DNA of 64,000 nucleotides from Owenia fusiformis (Eukaryota): NCBI GenBank assembly GCA_903813345.2, contig CAIIXF020000001.1, positions 39,556,001 to 39,620,000 of the forward strand, read 5' to 3'. Shown piece by piece: positions 1 to 10,700 of this stretch (position 1 is its first letter; each line of letters starts with the position of its first letter). The notes under the pieces were generated by a model. It saw only the letters and a program-made list of their open reading frames with translations, ran no database searches and was not told where the DNA came from. The position numbers and the translations under genes were made by a program.

Positions 1-729
1 TAGGTATGTTTAAGGAAATTATTTGATCATTAGATGGATTTTACCAACTTGACCTTTTTGCACCCAGTGACATCATTGGGCTATCATTTGACCTAATTTT
101 GAAATATTATTGTGAAGTACATTTATGAGGATACTCTAGATGCAAAATAAGTTAGATTCTGATGGGGGCAGAAAGGGGGTCTGTTGGGACGGTACCTTTT
201 ATATGCGGATGCATAAGAACACAGGAGCTCTGCTCGATAAGGAATAAGGAATCTTTGGCAACTCAAATACCAGTAGACGGATCCGGTTGAAATATGCCGA
301 TGCCAAGAGAGAAAGAAGCTCTGGTCAAGGAGACATTTTCAAAAAGGCCAATTAATTTCAAAATGGCAGTCATCTTTCGTAAAAAACATAATCTCCAATA
401 CTTCAAATACTAATGGACAGATTTGGTTCAAATTTCACATGTTTATACCTAGGGACAAGGGAGCTCGGTTCGAGAAAAGATTTTCAAGATGGCTGCTATT
501 TATCAAATCAGGTTTTGTTTGATGGGATTTGCTACTCCGAGGAGTTTCAGTTTTCTAGTTTGAAGGTTTAAAAAATGAAGGATAACGAGGCCGACACGTA
601 ACTGCTCCATTTTTCTTCAAACTTGTTCCATTCAAAACCACTTCTTGTACAAAAATACTTTGAAAGTAAGACATATTTGATCTGTAGTGGCCATTTGGAA
701 AACGGATTAATAATGTTGTCCGACTTCAT

Positions 730-1265
730 GCAGTATCCACTTGTGATCATCTCGATTACGCTGGTACAGTTTCGGTAACAAAATGTCGGAACATCGAAGC
801 TATGATTTTTCTTTTTTCCTTAGATCACACCTTGTAGGCAGAATTCTAAAGACTTTTTAAAAACAAACGTGTATCGGCAACATATGTTTAAGAAAATGTA
901 CACATTTGCGAACAAATAGTTCAGAAGACAACAGAATCGTCGATTCAATTCCTCACTTAAGTTACAGAAGCAGTATTTCGAAAACCGATAAGATCTGCAC
1001 TTTTAACCCAAATCGTTTCTGTGACTTAAGTGAGGAATTAAATCTACGATTGTTTTCTTCTGAGCTATTTTTTCGCAAACATATACATACATACGATACC
1101 GATACACGTTTGCGAGAAAAACGTCGTGCGGATTCTGCCTACAACACGTGGATATAGGGAGAAAAAAAGGAAAAATCGTACCTTCGACGTTCCGACATTC
1201 TGTTACCGAAACGAAGAGTTTCGGTAACTACTGAGCGTAATCAAGCGGATCACCAGTGGGATCTC
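730..1265. mobile_element. Foldback/MITE-like long imperfect palindrome (also ~16270-16805)
   Basis: Nested inverted pairs such as tttcggtaaca/tgttaccgaaa, aaacgtgtatcgg/ccgatacacgttt and ttcctcacttaagt/acttaagtgaggaa. Boundaries are approximate. Confidence 0.7.
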
Positions 1266-1731
1266 TGAATAGATGATGTTGAAGTATGTTTAAGAGCATT
1301 CAGTGTTGTCCTATATTCATAAAATATTCGATAGGATTATAGCCGCCTTGGCGTTGCTTTCTTCTAGTTTAGAATCGGAGAGTTGCATCTTTTGTCCTAT
1401 ATAGTTATGAAGGATGTATACGGTGGAAAATGTGTGAGAGGTCACAATGCGCATTTGTCTTCATGAGAGATAACAATTAAAATACGAACATAATATTTCT
1501 TTTTATTTGAAGAATATATTAATAACATAGAAGTTATACTGTAACCATGACAACAAACATTCATATACATAACAGATTTACTTATACACGTAATAACAGT
1601 TCTTAAAAATGTCATTTTTGACACACGATTGACCGAGGTTTGCGTGTACGTCAAGCATTAGAATGGGTTATAACAATTGGATAATTAATATTGGTCAATT
1701 CTAGATGACTATTAAGTCAAAATTTGAATCA

Positions 1732-4700
1732 CTATTTCCTCGATGAGTGTCTCAACAAGCGAGCAAGTAGCTCTGAAGAAGGACCGTTCATTAGTTCCTC
1801 AAGTTCCGAAGCTAGTCCATTATTCTGTGAAGCTTTACCACCGGAAGGCAAAATTGCCTTAACCAGGTCGTTCAGTTTGGCAGTTAGACGTCCGTCCAGT
1901 GGGCTCGCAAGGTTCTGGTTGATGTAGTTTTGTAGATCGTTGAAGAAATATGAATAGAGTTCAGTGGGCAACAACGCCGAAAGCAAATTATTATCTGAAA
2001 ATAGGACAATTAATAATTGCATTACCAGAGAGATGAATTTAGGCAGAAAGTACGAATATTATTATGTCCGAGCTATTACCATGGAAAATGGCAGAATGCC
2101 AGTGAAAAGTATTTAGCAGGAAAGGACCTTTCACTACGTAAACCGTTTTGTTTGTACCTGCATTGGCCGAGACATATGAAGCGAATGCATCCAATGATTG
2201 TAAAGCTTGCATAAGTTTCAAGTAGCTAAGGTTTATGGTTTCTAGAAAAGTCACCAAGTGGGGCCTATACGATTCCACGATTTCCTCGCTCATCAGCTTT
2301 GACACTAAAACGGCCTTGATATCCGCAACAAACTCCTCCACCCGATCACCAGGCATCCTTATAAATTAATTATAAACAGAATGATGCATTGTTAATTGTA
2401 TTCCACATCAAAACAAATTAAGTCATGTTCTGCATTCTCCAAGACTTTTTCAGTCTGTTTTGATAGCCGCATTACGTGTTGCTAATGAATGTAAGTGAAA
2501 TGAGAAGCGATATCGATCAACGAGGCGACTACACACTTTTAATACATATAGTACTTCATGATGCCAAGCCTACCTGAGTGTATTAGACATTGCTTGCTTG
2601 ACTGCTGGGAGAACCTCCTCCAAAGGTAAACAATCTTGCTCTGAAAAGTTTGAAAACAATTGATTGGAAAGAAATTCATCGTCGCATGTTTTAACCGCCA
2701 ATGGAGTAATGCAGCACACTAAAGAGCAGCACTATTATATAAGGAACTAGGAGCATATGTTTTGATATCTTCCCGATTTCGTGTCTAAATATGTATTTCA
2801 TCTCAAGGGGTCAAAAACGTAAATATTTACATTCGAATTATCTGCATTTTCTAAGACACAGACCGTGAATCTAAGCGTATACAGATACTTACGGATTCCT
2901 TCAACTTTTTTAATAAAAGCATCCTCATTCACCAAAAGATCCTCCTGAATACCATTGACAATTTCGACGTCCAGGTCAATGATTTGTTTAGCAGTCAGAT
3001 CCTCTAGGCTATTTAGAGCCTCATTGCCCAGAAGTGCAGCCTTCGACCAATTTGCAGCTTTCTGGATTGTGCTCTCGCTAACATAACGTACAATCTCTAC
3101 AAAAATGCTCATCTTGATTTGAATTTATCTGATTTTGTTGTTGCTTTGAATATTCTGCTTGGACTAAGGGGAAAGAAAATGCATAAACCAAATAAAAGTA
3201 TAGGTCCTCTGGCGCATATGCATTTGTAATACAACGGTGTAATTCCAGATCATATGATACGTGTTTCTTGAAAAATATTAGACAATGGCAGCGAAACCCT
3301 TGGACACTTACTTGACACGAGCCTTGGAAACATGTCTGAATTGTCTGGACATAAAGAGGCTTGTGTCGTAGTCTTAGGACGTGGCGTTACAGGTACCGTA
3401 GTGTGGCCTTCTTCGGTGGTGGTCGACTCTGTAGAGAACAGCAAGGCCTGGGTGGTGGACGGGGTAGTCTCATCTGGTCCCAAAATGACGGTAGTGGTCT
3501 CAACAGTGGTTGTGGAAGGAGGTGGTGGCATGGTAACTGTGGTAACCTCCGTCTCTGGTGTTGTAGGAGGAACAGGGGGATAAAAGAATAATTTCAACAG
3601 ATCCAGATGTTGCCCAATCTCCTCTCCAAGACGTGTCAGCAGAACATATTCCATTTTGCCGATGATGGCTGGATCTATAAAACATACACATTTTATGATG
3701 TATCAATTACCATTATATCTGTCAAAATAATATACCATACACAATAATTTACACACTAGCTCATAATAACGTACCTTTTACTTTTAATACATAGTCCAGC
3801 AGTTTTTGGTAACCATTCTCCGAATCCAATTTGGCAAGTTGGTCGAGGCGTCTATTTACTAACTTGAAATATTCTGGCGATAGAAGAACTAGTTCCTCAA
3901 TCAGTCCTTCAATTACTGAAACGATCTCCTCATCTTCGATACCATTGGTGAAACCTTTACTCATAATTTTGTACAATTCGTTGAACTCGTCCTCTTTAAT
4001 CCTAACAATATATAGTTAACACAATGTGTATTAGAAATATTCTCGAATTACTTTTATATTGGATATATAGAATTGTAAGGGTTAGGACCCGGTGTAAAAG
4101 GGTAGGAGGTACTATCAAATTATGGTCATACTTTCTATTTATTTATATGGTGACCTAAATACAACTCTTTCCCTCATTATCGTATCCACAATCAGGGCCA
4201 GCAAGGGCCTTTTTGAAAGGGGACCATAATCCCCAGGGGACCATAATCCCCAGGGGACCATCATTTCTTTTACACCGGTGTGAAAGAAATGACGGTCCCC
4301 CAGGGATTATGGTCCCCTTTCTTAACGGCTCTTACTGGCCCTGATTGCGTATAAGATAATGAGGGAAAGAGTTGTATTTAGGTCACCATATAAATCAATG
4401 GAGAGTAGGACCATAATTTGATAGGACATCCTACCCGTTTACACCGGGTCTAGTTTCTCCCGAAGCCCTTTCAAGACATAGCAGATATGTACTTTTTAAA
4501 AATGTCCTCATCCGATATCACTAGATAAGGCGTTCCAAGTTTTTCAAATGTGATTTATTTTTTACCCTAAACGTATATTTAATCGGCACGAATAAAAGCC
4601 TGGTAATATATTGATGATATTGAAGTAAATCTATCCTTTCTACAAGATGCGAAATAGGTTTTAAGTTTACCTGGTAGATACTCAATAAACGATAACCATC

Positions 4701-7700
4701 AAACCACTGTTTCACAGCTGGATGACTAACTGCAGTCAGTATCATTCAAGATGGTGGTCAAAATTTTTTCGTTTTTGATAAACCAATGGCAATGATTTCA
4801 GCTAATTTTGTAACTAAGTTTAGTTGCAATTAGAGTCATCCAGCTGAACAGTGCCAACGAAAACAACAGAACCACCATAGCTTTTCTGTTGTAATTTGGT
4901 GTAAAAAATTGAATTATAGAAAATGTACTCACTTAAGTGTTGGCACTATACTCGAGATGAAATTCAACTCCTCACTTACACTTATACAACCATCTGTAAC
5001 ACATTTAAAATTAAACAGAAGATCTGGATATACAAAGGGGAATTGATAAATCAAAGACCACGTGTACCCATTAGTATCTAGACTATTCAAGGCGGACTTA
5101 GCAAAGCGAATGGACGTTTTGTGTGTGATAAATTAAAATCCAATGGGTTTCGCACAAAGCTCATCTTGAAATGTTAACCAAAGCAAAATAGATAACTAAC
5201 CATAGTTAATTGTTTCTTTTTGTATGGTCCACTCTTCTGCTATCTTTTTCAGTGTTTCTCCCTGTATGATACCAGCTAAATTTTTGGCAGCTCTGAGGAG
5301 TAATACTTCGGGGACTCGACCTTCTGGTGTTTGATGAGCATTTCTCAATATTGAAAAGATTGTGTTGGTCAAGATGAAAGAATCTTCGCTATAAGCCCAG
5401 TATTGGAATAACTCTGAAAATACGTGAAAATAGGTGAAATGCACTGGAGTACGTTCAGTAAAGGTTGTACATCAAAATGAGACTTTATACATTCATATAT
5501 GTGCATACCATATAAGACTTTAAGAACAAACTGGAAGAGCACGACAAATCCACTACTTGGTACTTACTTTGAATAACCTCGTCCAACATGACAGATTGAC
5601 AAGCTGTGGGTAAAGGTTGCAGTTGATTCAAAGATTGAGGGGCCACATCTAAACACACGTTGATTCGTTGAGGACTTGCAGAAATATTGGACTGAAAGAA
5701 CAAGTTGTTGTCTATGTATGGACTTAGCAGATTAGCAGCATAAGATAGCTTCTTTAACTTTATTTTGGCAGGCAATCGAGTAGTCTGCTCAGCAGGCAAT
5801 CGGGTAGTCGGCTCAGCAGGCAATCGGGTAGTCGGCTCAGCAGGCAACTGAGTAGTCGGTTCTGCAGGCAACTGAGTAGTCGGTTCAGCAGGCAATTGAG
5901 TAGTCGGCTCAGCAGGCAATTGAGTAGTCGGCTCAGCAGGCAATTGAGTAGTCGGCTCAGCAGGCAGCTGAGTAGTTGGTGCAGCAGGCAATCGAGAAGT
6001 TGCTTTAGTAACAAGGGGAGTGTTTGGTTCGGTAGCCAATTGAGTTGTGGGTTTCTTTCCAAAAAAACTATCTATGGCGTTTCCGACTACTTTGATGGGT
6101 TTGAGGAAACGTCTCTCTGAAAATCAAATTAAGAATAAGTTTATTAAGTAACCTGAGTGCATTTAATCTGAAACGATATCACATGGAGGCGAAGGTCAAA
6201 ATACAAAATATTATTGGGGGCACTTTGATATATGGCATCCATACCCTTATTCCAAAATGCTTTAAACAGTTACTGTTTGCTTCAACTTCAACGAATTTAT
6301 TGATTCGAATACAATATTTATCATGTGTACAAGGCATTGTGTATATAATTCCCCATACAATTTTGCAATGAAATATGCAATGGTCGCCTGTTAATCACAA
6401 CAATTTTCATTAAGAGGAGGGGGGGGGGCTATATTTATATTTTGTCTTAGAGGGGATTATGATTTATGGGTATGGCAAAAATATACTATAACCTCAAATC
6501 ATTGTTATTGGCTCAATTTGAATCTATGTTATCATTCAGGAAATGCTAAAACGGACCCATAAAATACTATCATTATTAGATATAAATCAGATTAAGGTAA
6601 CGCTTAAGTTAATCAAATGAACAAAAACATGGCAGCCATATTTTTTTGATAAAGTCACAAGATTTCGTGTATCTGTTTTCCTTGTATGTGAATGCACTGA
6701 CTGACTAAAGAGACATGTCAAAGAAAACTTCACATTTAAACGCAATTTTTATAACTATGAATTGGAGGTGCAAGGGTCCCTAAAGCTAGCATGGAGACAG
6801 TGAAGTGAGGATAACGTTTAAAAATTTCAAGGAGTAGGATTGCAATGGAGACACATTTTTATAACTATGAATTGGAGGTGCATCGATCCCTAAAGCTAGC
6901 ATGGAGACCGTGAAGCGAGGATAACTTTCAAGGAGTAGGATTACAACGGAGATACATTTGTAAGACTCCAAAATTTCCACAAATCATCTTACCTTACCAA
7001 GGAATATTGAAGAAGCATGAAAATGTGTGCTTCTTGCATTGTAAGGGTAAAATAAAACTCAAACCATTTTGAATTCTAAATATTTCATGTCCACCATTTT
7101 ATTTGCTGGGACTATTTTCTAGTCCCAAGTAATCCTCACTCATGTATCCATTGTTTATCATTTATAAAGCCTCAATCATGTATCTATCATGATAATTATA
7201 CTGTTATAGATAAAATATACTTGTGATAATCCATAAAATTTAGCCTCATTTCACGGTCTTAATGTTAGCTTTTGGGACCCATGCACCTCCAATTCATAGT
7301 TATAAAAAATGCGTTTAAAAGTGAAGTTTTCTTTGACATCTCTCTTTAGTCAGGAAATGCATTCACATATAAGGAAAACAGAATACAAAATCATGTGACT
7401 TAGTCAAAAATATATGGCTGCCATTTTTTGTACTTTTGATTAAGTTAACGGTTACCTTAAACAATACTACCTATATACTGCACGATATACAGTGATTCCC
7501 AAGAAATTGGAATCATTTTTCTAATCATTTAAGAAATAGAGACGCACCCGTAGTAACATAGTAGAGCAAGATGTAAACTCAAAACTACCAGGAATTTACT
7601 ACATAGAATGTGTATTGCCCCGTTTAAGGTTTAGCTGGAAAGTAACATTTTTGATAAAAAATGCTATACCTGCACATATTATTTTCTGTTACAAAATTAA

Positions 7701-10700
7701 GTATGAAGGCATGTGTGTATTTCCTTGCTTTTTTCAGGAAAGTATCATTACACTGTCTACTTTTAGTAAACCTGGAAACAGGTCAATGGTAGCTCCTGTG
7801 TTGTCTGGAAACTTTGAAAGAATATTTGGAAAAATAGAAAGTGTGAAATATCAGAATTTCCTGGAGTTCCCATTGAACTCCTACCAGATATTGTAAAAGA
7901 AGACAATGTAAAGATATTTTCCTGAAAAAAAGCAAGGAAATTGACACATGCCTTGATACTTTATTTTGTACCAGAAAATAACATGTGCAGGTATAGCATT
8001 TTTTACCAAACTGTTATTTTCCAGCTTACCTGTACCTGCTTTCTCAAAATGAAAGCACCCGGCCAACATCACATATAGACATTATATAGTACAGCTATTG
8101 TTGTAAGAGGGCCAATGCGCCCAAGAGAATTCAGCCGAATCTCAAGCATAGTACAGTACCCTGATGGAATACATTCTTACCTGTTTGCAATTGTCTCATT
8201 TCGTTGTACAAATCGGTTAAGTCAGCATTGTTCCGATGAAAAAAAAGACCTGAAACAGAAGGTTCAAAAGTGATAGTGATGATTGGTGCATTTTTTGTTC
8301 GACTATTTATAGTAAAAGGGGACATGCCATTAAGAGGCCATTCTCTGACTTAGTCATTTTTTCAAAAGTGTGAAAATAAAAAAAATCATGAAAAGTTCTT
8401 AAAATATTCTGAATAACAAGTTGAATATATATATTTAATGATGGCACAAGCAAAAGTCTGAAAATTAATATGAAATGAAGGGTTTTGACAGATGCAAAAT
8501 ATGGTAGATTTGTGATGAAGAAATAGAGGTTTTTGCAGTAACAACACAATTACCTCGAAGTTATCCGTTATAAGAGGCTGAGGACTAAACTTGACATAAT
8601 TTTCAATCTCAGATTATCAGTAGTATCTAACTTAAGCCGGACAGCCACTCAAAATGTATATGGAGCCCATAAGATTCATTTTTCTCAATTGAAGTCACTG
8701 TTTCTGTTTTTAGCTTCAGAGGATAGGAGGTACATAAACATGCTAAGTTTACCTAGATCACAAGCCTTACCACAAATATAAAGTATATAGGAATAGAGTT
8801 GATATGTGTGAAAACCTTAAACTTCCCATTTTATTGGGGATGGAACTTGTGGACCATGTGTATTTCTAACTTCTTCACATGTGCATGGATCTAAAATTGT
8901 GGCAGCCATCTTGGATTTGTCATATTATGTGGACATGGTTTTGGTTGTGCTGAATTTGTTTCAAAATAACATTTCTTGTATACCTTCGATAAGTGAGATA
9001 GGCATTTGAAATTAAATACAGATAGTATATACTTGACATTTAATGCAGTAAACAGTAATACAATTCATTCTTACATAATAAGTAAGTCCAGACAAAAAGT
9101 TGTTATTGTGTTCGTTTAACTGGGCATAAATTACACTCATTGGCCTTGGTTTTCTTAATTGGCTTGGATAAAATGTTGTTCTGTTTATTCAGAAAAGGAG
9201 TATAGTTCACATTCGTTCCATCCTCTTGTAGAAATGAATCTCATATTATTTCATCTCAAATATAGAACACAAGAATATAATTAAAAAAAACAAGATTCTA
9301 TTAATTGCAAAAGTTAGCTTCTATGTCATGACTGAGTTTGGGTTCCGCTTCTAGGGAAAAAATATCCATCTGGAAATATCGTATTGACCATTGCTATACA
9401 CCCCATATTTAATCCTCCCAGTAAATAACATTGATATACAGTATACAAGTATATATGACATCGAGGATCTGGGGTTTGGGTAATGTGAAACATGAGGCCA
9501 CTTGTCTTTTTGAATCTCATATTCAATATTCTTTCTTTAAACCCTCATATTTAATATTTTTGGATTGGTAATTCAATTATGTACCTACTTTTTATTCTTT
9601 ATCCCATAGTTGAACTCTGTTCCGCTCTGTTAGGTAACATGAAAACATATTTATGATATTTTGGAAATGCGTGGAAAAAGTGATATCTGTGGAATACGGA
9701 AAATATTTCACAAATATCACCTTTTGGCAGGGATTTGAAAACTACCACCAATATGATGTGTTTTGTTACATAGTGATTTCATGACATCACGGGGATGAAC
9801 GAATGAATGGATTTTGTTATGATATGCTTTGTTTAGTTTTAGAGGTGAACTATGGGAAAAATAGAACATCCTATGAATTTTCGTGATATTGTGTTAATCC
9901 AACTCATTGATATCAATCTGCGCTAATTCGCTATTCTAACTTGGCAAGATATTGATATCAACTCGGAGATAAAGATAAAATCATTTAAAATCATATAATA
10001 TCCTATACATATCCTGTACCACAACTTTCTCATATGTTATATATTTTGGCACAGGCCATCATTTATTTTCCTTGAATTCATGCTTTTGTTCCTCGTTTTA
10101 GAAATGAGAGGAAATCTTTGATTTTCCTTGTATTTAAGTTGCTTAAATGTTGCCCTGTGATGTTGATAAAAGTCAATAGTAATCCATTAGAGTCACAGTT
10201 GAAATGTACCCATTGCTAGCCCAGAACCTACCAAAATGGCATTTGCATTTTGTCAATATTGCCCTATGTGCTTTTCCATGAAAATAATTTTAATCGTATC
10301 TTTTCTTCAGTATTTCATATATTACATTTTAATATATTTAAATTGGTTAATATTTATATACTATTTACTTAGACAACAATAAATAAAGAATTTTTTGTAA
10401 AAACACCAAAAATGGTATATGATCTTTAAATGACTGTTGTGTGAACATCAAAGGTCAAAATTCGCTGAAATTGTATTTTTATAAAGCACAAATGATTTTT
10501 CTTCAATATGATATGCATTATTATCAGATATCTTTTGGGGCTAAAAAGGGCCCTTAATGACACCCGTCCTTTTAAATGTTAGTGAGTACTTTGAATTTAA
10601 AAAATAAGCAATCAAATGACCAAATTGAAACAGCTTAATATGTAAAAATAGAAACATTTATGTTTATCCTAACTTTTGTATATTTCAGATAGTAATGTAT

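Noticed and set aside
3097..3166. Apparent complementary inactivating lesions: an 8-nt deletion in copy A and TAG at 18697-18699 in copy B
   Set aside because: They arise only if the acceptor at 3164-3166 is used. The acceptor ttttgtag at 3097-3099 (18636-18638) gives an in-frame join (VSKIVRY) in both copies, so both changes are intronic.
3332..3591. Plus-strand Val/Gly-rich ORFs (also 18884-19143)
   Set aside because: Antisense shadows of the Thr/Pro-rich exon.
5760..6120. Alternative-frame ORFs (LLSRLLNC.., SSRLSRQL..; also 21143-21551)
   Set aside because: Shadow frames of the LPAEPTTQ coding repeat.
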